From positions 224,001 through 288,000 of the forward strand of contig JBFMAF010000023.1 in NCBI GenBank assembly GCA_040755995.1: 64,000 bases of DNA, read 5' to 3'. Positions 29,706-39,466 of this stretch are shown in pieces (position 1 is the stretch's first letter; each line of letters starts with the position of its first letter). The position numbers were made by a program, and so were the translations under genes. The stretch is from Acidobacteriota bacterium (lineage in GTDB: Bacteria; Acidobacteriota; CAIWXX01). A model generated the notes under the pieces. The model saw only the letters and a program-made list of their open reading frames with translations, made no database searches and was not told the origin of the DNA.

Positions 29706-30392
29706 ATGGACCTGCGTCGAGTTCGCGCGATTGTGTCGACCACGGGCGATCCTGCTTTCGCCACCGATGAACGGGGCCTGATTGTCGGGTGGAACCGAGC
29801 CAGTGAGGAGCTGATGGGGATTCCGGCCGAGAAGAGTATCGGCAAGCCCTGCGGCGAAGTCCTGGATGCCGCTGATGAATGTGGGCCCGTCTGCTCCCGA
29901 GATTGCGTCGTGCAGCGGGCTGTCCACAGAAAGACGCCCCTCAGGAATTTCGATTTCCTGATACCGACCAAGGCCGGGAGGCAGTGGTGCAATGTCTCTG
30001 TGTTCTGGGTCGACGGCGAGGCGACCGGTTCCTGGTACGCAGTCCACATCCTCCGGATGATCGACATTCGGAAGCGGATGGAGCTTCTTCTGGCAGACTT
30101 CATCCGGGGCTGCACGGATCTCCCCACGGAGCAAGTCAAGGCTCTGATCTCGAAATCACGAACGCCTGCCCGAGACAGCAGGCTGACTGCGCGGGAGCTG
30201 GAAACCTTGCAGCTGGTCTCACGAGGCATGACCACGCACCAGATGGCCAAGAAGATGGGCATCAGCCGTACGACCGTGAACAACCACATCCAGCATCTGA
30301 TGAAGAAGCTCGGCGCAAGAACCCGCCTGGAAGCCCTCCGGCGCGCCGAGCGTGCCGGGCTCCTGCCATGGGCTCATGATCAGGGGCAATGA
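29706..30392 (+). CDS. PAS + LuxR-HTH transcriptional regulator
   Basis: PAS 'IVGWNRASEELMG' with Cys cluster; 'LTARELE.L...G.T...A..MGIS..TV.NH'. Confidence 0.92.
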   Translation: MDLRRVRAIVSTTGDPAFATDERGLIVGWNRASEELMGIPAEKSIGKPCGEVLDAADECGPVCSRDCVVQRAVHRKTPLRNFDFLIPTKAGRQWCNVSVFWVDGEATGSWYAVHILRMIDIRKRMELLLADFIRGCTDLPTEQVKALISKSRTPARDSRLTARELETLQLVSRGMTTHQMAKKMGISRTTVNNHIQHLMKKLGARTRLEALRRAERAGLLPWAHDQGQ

Positions 30393-30419
30393 GCGGTTCC
30401 TGGCGCTGAGCTCATTGCG
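30386..30419 (+). terminator. Hairpin overlapping the LuxR stop codon
   Basis: GCAATGAGC...GCTCATTGC inverted repeat; no U-tract; second copy near 44277. Confidence 0.4.
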
Positions 30420-30714
30420 CCTCCTCGATCAACGGCTGTGATCGTTTGCCCTTGGTGAGTCGCCCCCTCCGACAAGCCACAGACCTGAAGACATCCGCAG
30501 ATTCATGAGATTGCGAAGACATCCGCAGATTCCGCAGATCTGCGATATCTGCGGATCTCCGGGTTCGCAGCCATACCCGCTACCCGCGTTCGCCAAAGCC
30601 TTCGTACCCCTGTGTATGTCACCACTACTAGACAGACTCATCACGAGAATGATGTGAATATGCGATTGTTCCCTCCCCTTGGGAACCCTGATAATCAGTT
30701 GGGCGGTTGGATAC

Positions 30715-31332
30715 ATGCTGCCATTTGAACGGCATCAGTGCGAGGGCGCAACGGAGTCTCATCAACGCGGCGATGTCACTGAGCTGCTGAAAGAATGGCG
30801 CGAGGGGAGCGAGGAGGCGCTGCAGCGGCTGATCCCTCTTGTCTACGGAGAGCTGCGTTCACGGGCCGCACGATACCTGCGGCACGAGCGCGCCGGACAC
30901 ACGCTGCAGCCGACCGCGCTGGTTCATGAAGCGTTTCTCCGCCTCTTCGGGCAGCACCCGGTCGAGTGGCAGAATCGGGCGCAGTTTTTCGGCGTGGCTG
31001 CTCAGATGATGCGTCGGATACTTGTCGATCATGCGCGATCCAAGTACGCCGGGAAGCGCGGCGGCGTGTGCATTAAGCTGGACGTCGAGTCGGTAGAGGA
31101 TGCTCCTGCCGGAGCTACTACGGTCGATGTTGTCGCCGTCGATCAGGCGCTGAGCAGGCTTGCGGCGCTCGATCCCGATCAGGCGCGAGTCGTCGAGCTC
31201 CGGTTCTTCGGTGGATTGACGGTCGAAGAAACGGCGGAAGTCATCGGATGTTCGCCGCGGACCGTGAAGCGCGAGTGGCGTTCGGCCAAGGCGTGGCTCC
31301 ACAGGGAGCTGTCAGGAGCAGGAGCACGTTGA
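30715..31332 (+). CDS. ECF sigma factor, kinase-associated (ECF43/TIGR02999-like)
   Basis: 'HTLQPTALVHEAFLRL', 'MRRILVDHAR', 'LRFFGGLT.EE.A', 'TVKREW'. Confidence 0.92.
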   Translation: MLPFERHQCEGATESHQRGDVTELLKEWREGSEEALQRLIPLVYGELRSRAARYLRHERAGHTLQPTALVHEAFLRLFGQHPVEWQNRAQFFGVAAQMMRRILVDHARSKYAGKRGGVCIKLDVESVEDAPAGATTVDVVAVDQALSRLAALDPDQARVVELRFFGGLTVEETAEVIGCSPRTVKREWRSAKAWLHRELSGAGAR

Positions 31333-33908
31333 CACCCGAACGATGGTCGCGCGTGAAAGCGCTCTTCGACGAAGCGTGTGAGCGGCCGGACGGGGAGCGT
31401 GCTGCGTTTCTCGACGATGCCTGCCCGGGGGACACCGAGTTGCGAGGCGAGGTCGAGGCGCTCCTCCGCTCCGATGAGGCAGCGCCCGGATTCCTCGACA
31501 CTCCCGCCGCCGTGACAACCGGCGCCGTCACGGATCGTCCCGTGAGGCAGGCCGGGCCGTACAGCATAGTGCGCGAGATCGGTCGAGGCGGAATGGGTGC
31601 TGTCTACCTGGCGACCCGCGCCGACAGCGAGTACAGGAAGGACGTTGCGTTGAAGATCCTGCCGCTCGGTCTCGACTCCGAGCTCGCGCAGGAGAAGTTT
31701 CGGAACGAGCGGCAGATCCTCGCTTCGCTCCAACACCCCTACATCGCGGCGCTCCACGACGGCGGAACCACCGAGGATGGCCTGCTCTACTTCGTCATGG
31801 AGCATGTACAGGGGGAGGATGTCCTCACCTACTGCGATCGCAGAAGGCTCTCGATCACCGCGCGCCTCGAGCTGTTCCGAAAGATCTGCTCGGCCGTCCA
31901 GTACGCTCATCAGAACCTTGTCATCCACCGCGACATCAAGCCCGGGAACATCTTCGTGACCGAGTCCGGCGATCCGAAGCTGCTCGATTTCGGCATCTCG
32001 AAGCTCGTCGATCCGCGCTCTGGCGGCTCCGAGCTCACCGAGATGTCCTTCCGAGTCATGACGCCTGAATACGCCAGTCCCGAGCAGCTCCGGGGAGACC
32101 GTATTACGACGGCCAGCGACGTGTATTCGCTTGGCGTCCTGCTCTACACGCTTCTGACCGGCTGGCGGCCATACGACGTCTCCGATGCCACTCCCGAGAT
32201 CGTCATCAGGGCGGTTTGCGAGACCGAGCCGGAGCGGCCGAGTCTGGCCGTAGAGCGGCAGGACGCCTCCGCGAGCGCCGCCGAGGCGCGCGCGACAACG
32301 CCGAGCGGCCTGAGGCGCGCGCTCACCGGCGACCTCGACAACATTCTGCGCTTCGCGCTGCGCAAGGAGCCGGAACGCCGGTACCAGTCGGTCGAGCAGC
32401 TCTCAGACGATCTCAGGCGGCACCTGAGCGGCCTGCCGGTAAGGGCCCGCCCAGCCACGCTGAGTTATCGTACGGGGAAGTACATCACAAGGCACAAAGC
32501 GCTCTTCGCGGCCGGCTCGCTCGTGATCGCCACCCTGGTCGGAGGCCTTGTGTCTACATCATGGCAGGCCAGCGTGGCGCGGCGCGAACGGCAGAGGGCC
32601 GAGCGCCGATTCAACGATGTGCGCAAGCTCGCGACCGCGTTCCTCCTCGAGTTCCACGACGCGATCGCGGATCTCGAAGGCGCGACAGCAGCGCGCGCGC
32701 TGGTCGTGAAGAAGGCTATCGAATACCTCGACGACCTCGCCACCGAGGCTGGCGATGACGTGTCGCTGCAACGGGAGCTCGCCGCGGCATACTTCCAGGT
32801 GGCGGTTATTCAAACCGAGACCGGCACCGGTACAGCCGACGAGTCGGAGGCGATACTCGCCAGTTACAAGAAGGCGCTCGCGATTCTCGAAAGGGTGGTG
32901 GAAAGCGGCTCGAAGTCGATCGACGACGTGGCCAAGTTCGCCGATCTGCTTGGCTCGATCTCGAGCTTCCAGTCCCGACAGGGGCGATACGCCGAGGGGA
33001 TCCAGTACGGCAATCGAGCCCTGTCGTATTGCGAGCAGGCGATTGCCGCCCGGCCGGACGACAAGGAGTCCGGCCACGTCATGGCGGCTGTCTACCAGGA
33101 TCTGTCGTACGCGTACGCACAGGCCGGAGACGCGACAAACGCGCTGGCGATGGCCGAGAAGGAGTTGACTCTCTTCGAATCGCTCTCGAAGAAGCACGCT
33201 TCGGACACGCGGTTGACCGCGGGTGTGGCTTTCGGCCATCGAATGGTCGGCGTGGCGCTCAGGGAGCTCGGCCGCCCGGCTGAAGCCGTGGTGCACCACG
33301 AAGCTGCAATCGAGATCGACAAGCGGTTGGCCTCATCGGATCCGACGAATCCACACCTGGCAAGACGGATGTCGCTCGGGCACTCGTATGCGGCTCAATG
33401 CCTGAATGAGATCGGCGATCTGGACCGGGCCTACGTTCACGCGAGGGCCGCGCTCACGCTCCGCGAGACAATGGCGGCATCGGACCAGGGTGGCAGTCGT
33501 CTCAAGCTGCTGGTGGCCGACAGTCGCTGCGTCGAGGCTCAGATACTGGCAGGCCTGGGCCGCGGTCAGGAGGCCCTGGGGGAAGCATCGTTGGCACTCG
33601 AGTGGTTGGAACCCGAGTCAAGGCGTGATCAGGGGGACGTGGAGATCCAGGAAGCTCTTGCCGACGCATACTACAGCATGGCGACAGCTACGGGCGTCAC
33701 TCCGCCGTCAGCCGCGTCGCGGACCGGCAAAAACGATGCGTGCGAGTGGTTCGAGAAGGCGATCGGCGTTTACGATGCGCTCGGTGCGAAAGGTGCTCTC
33801 AGCGTTGCCACCTCAAAGACCCTCGAGAAGGTCAGGAAGAGACGCGATCAGACATGCGGGGCGCCTCGGGATGCGCGATCCGACGCCGTGGATCACCAGG
33901 AGAACTGA
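31329..33908 (+). CDS. Membrane Ser/Thr protein kinase with C-terminal TPR-like region
   Basis: GRGGMG, VALK, HRDIKPGN, DFG, TPEYASPE; TM; helical repeats; TTG start overlapping the sigma stop. Confidence 0.95.
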   Translation: MTPERWSRVKALFDEACERPDGERAAFLDDACPGDTELRGEVEALLRSDEAAPGFLDTPAAVTTGAVTDRPVRQAGPYSIVREIGRGGMGAVYLATRADSEYRKDVALKILPLGLDSELAQEKFRNERQILASLQHPYIAALHDGGTTEDGLLYFVMEHVQGEDVLTYCDRRRLSITARLELFRKICSAVQYAHQNLVIHRDIKPGNIFVTESGDPKLLDFGISKLVDPRSGGSELTEMSFRVMTPEYASPEQLRGDRITTASDVYSLGVLLYTLLTGWRPYDVSDATPEIVIRAVCETEPERPSLAVERQDASASAAEARATTPSGLRRALTGDLDNILRFALRKEPERRYQSVEQLSDDLRRHLSGLPVRARPATLSYRTGKYITRHKALFAAGSLVIATLVGGLVSTSWQASVARRERQRAERRFNDVRKLATAFLLEFHDAIADLEGATAARALVVKKAIEYLDDLATEAGDDVSLQRELAAAYFQVAVIQTETGTGTADESEAILASYKKALAILERVVESGSKSIDDVAKFADLLGSISSFQSRQGRYAEGIQYGNRALSYCEQAIAARPDDKESGHVMAAVYQDLSYAYAQAGDATNALAMAEKELTLFESLSKKHASDTRLTAGVAFGHRMVGVALRELGRPAEAVVHHEAAIEIDKRLASSDPTNPHLARRMSLGHSYAAQCLNEIGDLDRAYVHARAALTLRETMAASDQGGSRLKLLVADSRCVEAQILAGLGRGQEALGEASLALEWLEPESRRDQGDVEIQEALADAYYSMATATGVTPPSAASRTGKNDACEWFEKAIGVYDALGAKGALSVATSKTLEKVRKRRDQTCGAPRDARSDAVDHQEN

Positions 33909-33989
33909 AAGCCGCCTGGTCTCATTACTCCGACGCCCTTGACCGGGCCAAGAACCACTTGGGGCGGGGCATATGTCGGCACGACGCCG
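33537..33989 (+). repeat. 453-bp diverged direct repeat, copy 1 (copy 2 at 37014-37466)
   Basis: Ungapped match covering the kinase 3' end and the 3' end of the convergent gene. Confidence 0.9.
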
Positions 33990-34691
33990 GATTGACGGAT
34001 AGCTGAGCACAACGAAGGTGTCTCCGTAGACCTCTGCTATCCAGCGCAGGCTGAAATCCTGTGTCGACACAGCCAGCCGATTGGTGCGGGCAAGGAACTC
34101 CAGAAGGAGCGGATCGGTATGCGGTTCCCCGCTGGCGCGTTTGAGTGTCAGAAAGACGCAGCCCTCGTACTGTCGCTTGCCGACGATCGTGAGACGGCTC
34201 CCGGGCGGAACCGGCTCGTACGGAAGGCAGATCTCGGTTGTCAGGTCTCTCGACAACGACTGTTCTCGGGACCGGATCTGCGCAGTGAGATCGGGGACCT
34301 CTCCCAGGTATTCTACTACTCTGCTGAAATCGTCGTTGACCGGCACGTCCGCGAGCTGCCTTGAGAGCGCTTGATATTCCTCGGGGACGAGTGCCACCAC
34401 GTGATCAGGATCGGGAAGGGCGACCAGGATGTGGGCTATGCACGTAACCGGCGCCCGCCACGTATGGAGAACGAGATACCTCCGGCCGCTCGTTGGGATC
34501 GCCTGTACAACCGAAAAGCTCTCGCAGGCTCGATCGGCCGGGTGGCGGAGGCGCACATTGACTCGATCCCCATCTCGCCAGCGGTCGACGATCTCGAGCG
34601 TGAGCCCCGGTTCGGCGTCGAAGCTCAGCGTCCTCAGGAAGATCGTGCAGTCTTCGACGGAAATCGACGGCTGATCACTCATGCCTGGCAC
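33990..34691 (-). pseudogene. Hypothetical gene, apparently 3'-truncated by running into the repeat
   Basis: ORF 33813-34691; the last ~60 codons are out-of-frame repeat sequence. Confidence 0.45.
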
Positions 34692-34919
34692 CGATGCCTG
34701 TCAGGGGCTCGAACGACATGACGACCTCCCATGTGCTCCTCTCGCCCTCTTCCGTCTCGCAGTGAGCTCAGCGTGGAATCGGGCTCATGACGGCGCGAAG
34801 CAGTTGTTCAGAAGTCGTGGCTGACACAAGGCCCGGCGGGAACGCGCGCAGGTGATATCGCCCGGATGGCCCAGTCAGCCGGTAGTTTCCAGTCGAGTCG
34901 GTGATGCTGATCGGAGACA

Positions 34920-35032
34920 GTGAGCTCGGAGAGCTGATAGTAGAGATCGGGCTCGAGCCAGCCGGCTTCGATCACGTTGGCGATGTGAGACGAGTGAGTG
35001 AGCTGACGGCCGGCCTCCGCGTTCAGGCACAC
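34920..35032 (-). repeat. 113-bp diverged inverted repeat (other copy 39221-39333)
   Basis: Both encode CLNAEAGRxLTHSxHIANVIExGWLEPxxYYQxSE. Confidence 0.85.
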
Positions 35033-35326
35033 CGCGCGGACGCGGTCGCAACAAAGGCACCCAGGATGACATTGATGTCAGAGAACCCATCGCCCGGTGG
35101 AACAGCGAAGAGTGTTGGCAATGCGATGGCGGCGCATCTGCCAGTGGAAGTAGCATTGCCTACTACTTTAGTAGTAGGGCACCCGGCGTTGGTGATCGCG
35201 CGCCGAAGTGCGATTATGACGGCTTCGGTACGGCCTCGCGCTCCGAGCTCCCACAGCCCGCACCTGTGAAAGCGGAAGGGTCTATCGACACCAGGGACCG
35301 CCACGGCCCCCAGTGTCGCATCATGC

Positions 35327-36505
35327 TCAATCATTGTCGACAATGGTCCCGACTGCTGTCAGATCTGGCGCAGTCAAGCCTCTCGGGCTGCTGAGCCGTA
35401 TCTGAAAAATCTCGTTCGGTTCGTCTGCAGTGTCCTTGCAAATCATTACCGAGATCGTCTTGGATCTTTCGCCGGGCTGGAATGTGACTGTGCCACTGCT
35501 GCCTGAGTAGTCACCGTTATAGCATATGCCGATTCTCAAAGAGGAGGTTGCAGTTCCACTGACGCAAGCGTAATCGATCGAGCAGCCGTTGTGATTGGAG
35601 TCGGAGAGCGACAGTGTAAAGACCGCAGTGCTGTACAATATCCCTATTCGATCGCTCGGCTCGGTGACAGACACGTCGCCTATCGAGAGGACCGGGACCA
35701 CCGGCTCGTCGTTGATGATGATGTGCAGACCCGATAGTGAGCCGGGTTGAATGGTTGCGTTGACTGCATTGGACAAGACAACCCTGAACTGCTCGTTGGA
35801 TTCGCTCCATGTGTCGCCGCAGACAGGGACGTTGATCGTTTGCGAGGAAACACCAGGCGCGAACCTCAAGGTTCCGTTCGTATTTACGTAATCCACACCA
35901 GCGCCGCAGGATGCACCTCCAGTGGCGGTATCATTGCTGGTTGCGTAGACCACGGAGACTTCTCGCCCACTCGGAGGGGCGAGAGTTACGGTGAAGGTCG
36001 AGTTAGTCTGCCCGGAATTGCCCTCGTTCCGGTTGACACCGCCGATGCTGAGGGACGGAGGAGGATCGTCGTCGAGAATCGTTGCCTGCCCCTGTGGGTC
36101 TGCGATCGAGGCCCCGCTGGGTGAGCTGAGGTAGACCGTGAAGGTTTCATCTGCTTCGTCCAGCGTGTCCCCGCAGACTGCGATCGCAATCGTCTTGGTT
36201 ATCTCTCCGGTGGAGAAGGTAAGGCTGCTGCTCATGCGGAGGTAGTCGCAACTGCCGCTGCACGAGTTCCCGCCCTCCGTTGCCGTGCCGCCCGACGTGC
36301 TGAACATCACGGATGAGCTCGTACTGGATTCGGAGCGGATCACCGAGAAGGTCGCGACCGTGGTGCCGCCGTTCCCTTCGGATACCGTCACATCATTTAT
36401 GCCAATCTGTGGATAGGCAAGAGCCGCCACTGGCAGATGCACCAGCAAGAACGACACGAAAGAGACGATCAGTTTGCCGCAGGTCTTAGCTCCCATTTTC
36501 TTCAC
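35327..36505 (-). CDS. Secreted protein with three Calx-beta domains
   Basis: Signal peptide; three repeats of 'I.DV.V.EG...TAT.G...DY...L.F..GE..KTI.V.VC.D..DE..E.F...TI.DDD'. Confidence 0.92.
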   Translation of the reverse strand: MKKMGAKTCGKLIVSFVSFLLVHLPVAALAYPQIGINDVTVSEGNGGTTVATFSVIRSESSTSSSVMFSTSGGTATEGGNSCSGSCDYLRMSSSLTFSTGEITKTIAIAVCGDTLDEADETFTVYLSSPSGASIADPQGQATILDDDPPPSLSIGGVNRNEGNSGQTNSTFTVTLAPPSGREVSVVYATSNDTATGGASCGAGVDYVNTNGTLRFAPGVSSQTINVPVCGDTWSESNEQFRVVLSNAVNATIQPGSLSGLHIIINDEPVVPVLSIGDVSVTEPSDRIGILYSTAVFTLSLSDSNHNGCSIDYACVSGTATSSLRIGICYNGDYSGSSGTVTFQPGERSKTISVMICKDTADEPNEIFQIRLSSPRGLTAPDLTAVGTIVDND

Positions 36506-36524
36506 TCCTCGTATGTCAAGAATC

Positions 36525-36889
36525 TAGTGGATCTCGTCCGGTGTGTAGTCAGATCAGATCTGAACGCTGATCGTCTTCGAGCGTTCGCTGGGGGAGAACA
36601 CGAGGGTTCCCCGCGTCCCGATGTAATCGCTGCCGCTGCCGCGCGCGCCGGAACCCTTGATTGTCTGACCCTGTGGACCGGCGGGCACGGTCAAGTACTC
36701 AACCGTGGATGTTCTCCCGGTTTCGGAGCGGGTGAGCGTGAACGTCGCGGTGGTGCTGCTGATATTCCCTTCCTGCACCGTGATGTCGCTGGCCGTGATG
36801 ACCGGCTCTGCTGAGGCCGGGCTCGGCATACACAATAGCAGATACGTTGCAAACGTGACGGGAATCCTTCCGAGCGGAATGCTTCGCAT
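36525..36889 (-). pseudogene. Truncated Calx-beta gene, paralogue of 39467-40648
   Basis: Same signal peptide and first domain; TGA replaces TGC in 'VQICPDYT'; remainder missing. Confidence 0.85.
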
Positions 36890-36934
36890 GTCTTTGCCTC
36901 CTCTGGGCTCGTGGTTCAACCTCATCATCCCCTG

Positions 36935-36962
36935 ACGCGGAAACCGGCGGGAGATGGGGCCA
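36935..36962 (-). promoter_or_regulatory. Putative ECF promoter, copy 1
   Basis: TGGCCCC-N16-CGCGT, ~45 nt before ATG 36889. Confidence 0.7.
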
Positions 36963-37013
36963 GCGGCGGCCCGAGTCGGGCAGATTTGCGGCGTTCCCAC
37001 CGCGGGTTCCTGC

Positions 37014-37385
37014 GCTCAGATCCTGGCAGGCCTGGGCCGCGGTCAGGAGGCTCTGCGGGAAGCATCGTCAGCTCTCGAATGGCTGGAACCCGAGTCGAGG
37101 CGTGATGAGGGGGACGTGGAGATCCAGGAAATTCTTGCCGACGCATACTACAGCATGGCGACAGCTACGGGCGTTGCTCCGCCGTCAGCCGCGCCGCGGA
37201 CCGGCAGGAACGATGGGTGCGAGTGGTTCGAGAAGGCGATCGGCGTTTACGATGCGCTCGGTGCGAAAAGTGCTCTCAGCGTTGCCACCTCAAAGACCCT
37301 CGAGAAGGTCAGGAAGAGACGCGATCAGACATGCGGGGCGCCTCGGGATGCGCGATCCGGCAGCGTGGATCACCAGGAGAACTGA
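37014..37385 (+). pseudogene. 3' remnant of a paralogue of the Ser/Thr kinase
   Basis: Near-identical to the kinase C-terminus (AQILAGLGRGQEAL...VDHQEN). Confidence 0.9.
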
Positions 37386-38395
37386 AAGCCGCCTGGTCTC
37401 ATTACTCCGACGCCCTTGACCGGGCCGAGAACCACCTGGGGCGGCGCATATGACGGCACGACGCCGCTTCCGATGACGTTTGTGACAGTGCCCGCAACCA
37501 GCATCGTCGTGAACTTCGAGGCGAACCATGCGCTGAATGTGTCGATCCGCTGAGAGCCCTCCGGCCAGTCCTTGGCGGCGCCGATCCTGGACTTGATCCT
37601 TGCGGCGATCATTCCAGCCGATAGGTCGCCGGCGCTTTGCGTGAGGCTCGCGAGCGGTGTGGGCAGGTTCGGCGTGGGCGGGGCGGAGGCTCCCGGAAAG
37701 GCGGCGAAGGCCGGGTACCACGCCAGTCCGGGCACGCGCACTGACGCCTGCCATTGCTCCCAGCCTTCGCGCAGGGCGAGCGCGAAGCCGCGTGAGACGT
37801 CTGCCGGGGTCCCCGCGCGCATCATCGATTCGGACACGAGCGATTCCGGGAACGTGCCGGCCACCCGCCCTCCCCATGCCATCGCTCCGTCGATTCGCAC
37901 ATCCACCAGCACAGCCGCACCCTTCCACAGATTCACGGCGCTGCTACTGCCCTCCATGGCGGACTGTGCCCAGCCGCTCCAGTCCGCAAATGCCTTGGCC
38001 GTGACAGGCGTCCGGTTGTCGCTGCGTTCGATCGCGGTCACCTCGAGCAGGCTGTTCGGATCGACCTCGGCATGGAACGTGTGCTGTCCGGCCAGAGCGG
38101 TCCACGAGGCAAACACCTCGAGTGCCGTCCCTGCAGTGACGCCTGTCTTGGTATCAGATTTCACTAGCGCCAGGTTGTCCGCGTAGATCACCCACATCAC
38201 ATCCCGCACGCCGCTGCCCTTCGTTTCGATCTTGAGGCTCAGCTTCTGACTGTCGCCCGGCTTCGTGCCGCCGCTTATCGTGAGCCCCTTGGCGGCCACC
38301 GTGAACGAGCTGGCGGCACCGCACGAGGCGGCCGCTGCCAGCATCACGAGCACCGCGGAGATCGTGGTAGTGCCTCCAATACAACTTCTGTTCAA
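37370..38395 (-). CDS. Secreted protein with N-terminal CARDB-like domain and unknown C-terminal domain
   Basis: SD AAGGAG + TTG; signal peptide; 'W.A.AG.HTF.AEVDP...E....DN'. Confidence 0.8.
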   Translation of the reverse strand: MNRSCIGGTTTISAVLVMLAAAASCGAASSFTVAAKGLTISGGTKPGDSQKLSLKIETKGSGVRDVMWVIYADNLALVKSDTKTGVTAGTALEVFASWTALAGQHTFHAEVDPNSLLEVTAIERSDNRTPVTAKAFADWSGWAQSAMEGSSSAVNLWKGAAVLVDVRIDGAMAWGGRVAGTFPESLVSESMMRAGTPADVSRGFALALREGWEQWQASVRVPGLAWYPAFAAFPGASAPPTPNLPTPLASLTQSAGDLSAGMIAARIKSRIGAAKDWPEGSQRIDTFSAWFASKFTTMLVAGTVTNVIGSGVVPSYAPPQVVLGPVKGVGVMRPGGFQFSW

Positions 38396-38479
38396 GCGAA
38401 GCTCCTTTCCGTATCGAGCGCAAGCGAGTCGATCCCTCCGGTCCGGCCGTCGCCTCCGCGCCACCCTGCCTGCTTCATG

Positions 38480-38507
38480 ACGCGGATTCAACGCGGAAAC
38501 GGGGCCG
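38480..38507 (-). promoter_or_regulatory. Putative ECF promoter, copy 2
   Basis: CGGCCCC-N16-CGCGT. Confidence 0.7.
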
Positions 38508-38856
38508 CTGTGAGCGAGTGCCGCCTCCAGGATGGCCGCCGTTTAGGAGGGGAAATGATAGGGAGGATGATCTGGAAAATCAGACTGTGCCCTGAGGTCA
38601 TGTGGACTGTGATGCTTGGCGCCCTGGCGACGCTGATCATGATGGAACATGGCCGGGCTGAGGAGCGGCCAGGCGGCGCCGATGGCGCCACGCTGTCAGC
38701 AGCCGTCACCGACGCGTGCGCATGCCTCGCGTAAGGCGCGCGGATCGAGGCTTCGAGGAGCCGTCTTGAAAACGATTCCAGCCGATCCATATACTCTAGT
38801 TGGGTACCCAGATGTCGAAAGTGGGCGATCCAGCTGCCCAGGGAATCAACGCGCCG

Positions 38857-39078
38857 ATGAAAGGCCGCATCGTCTCCCACTTCGAGGTCCTCGACCAACT
38901 CGGGCGCGGCGGCATCGGGGTCATCTATCGGGCTCGCGATCTCACCCTTGATCGCGAGGTCGCTCTGAAGTTCCTTCCTCCACACACCGCAGAAAGTGCG
39001 GAAGAGCGACAGCGACTACTGCGCGAGGCGCGCACCGCATCGCGACTGGATCATCCCAATGTGTGCACGATCTACGAG
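38857..39078 (+). pseudogene. 5' fragment of another Ser/Thr kinase
   Basis: 'LGRGGIGVIYRARD..LDREVALKFL...REAR.AS.LDHPNVCTIYE', after which similarity ends. Confidence 0.85.
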
Positions 39079-39394
39079 ACTCCTCACCGAAGTCGCCGCG
39101 AGAGGGTCTCCTGCCGCGGCATCCTCATGCGAGCGCTCGCCATAGTCTCGTTCACGACCCCTGCCGTGTGCGGACTCTCGGCTCGATCTGGTCGTTGCCC
39201 GCGGCGATCGCATCGGCGCTGTGTGCCTGAACGCCGAGGCAGGCCGGCGCCTCACTCACTCGCCCCACATCGCTAACGTGATCGAGACCGGTTGGCTCGA
39301 GCCGAACCGCTACTACCAAATCTCTGAGATCACCCCCTCAGCGCAGGGAGTCGCGGTGGGAACGGCCGTAAATCTGCCCGGCTCGGGCCGCCGC

Positions 39395-39422
39395 TGGCCC
39401 CATCTCCCGCCGATTTCCGCGT
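39395..39422 (+). promoter_or_regulatory. Putative ECF promoter, copy 3
   Basis: TGGCCCC-N16-CGCGT. Confidence 0.7.
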
Positions 39423-39466
39423 CAGGGGATGATGGGGTGAACCACGAGCCCACAGGAGGTAAAGAC

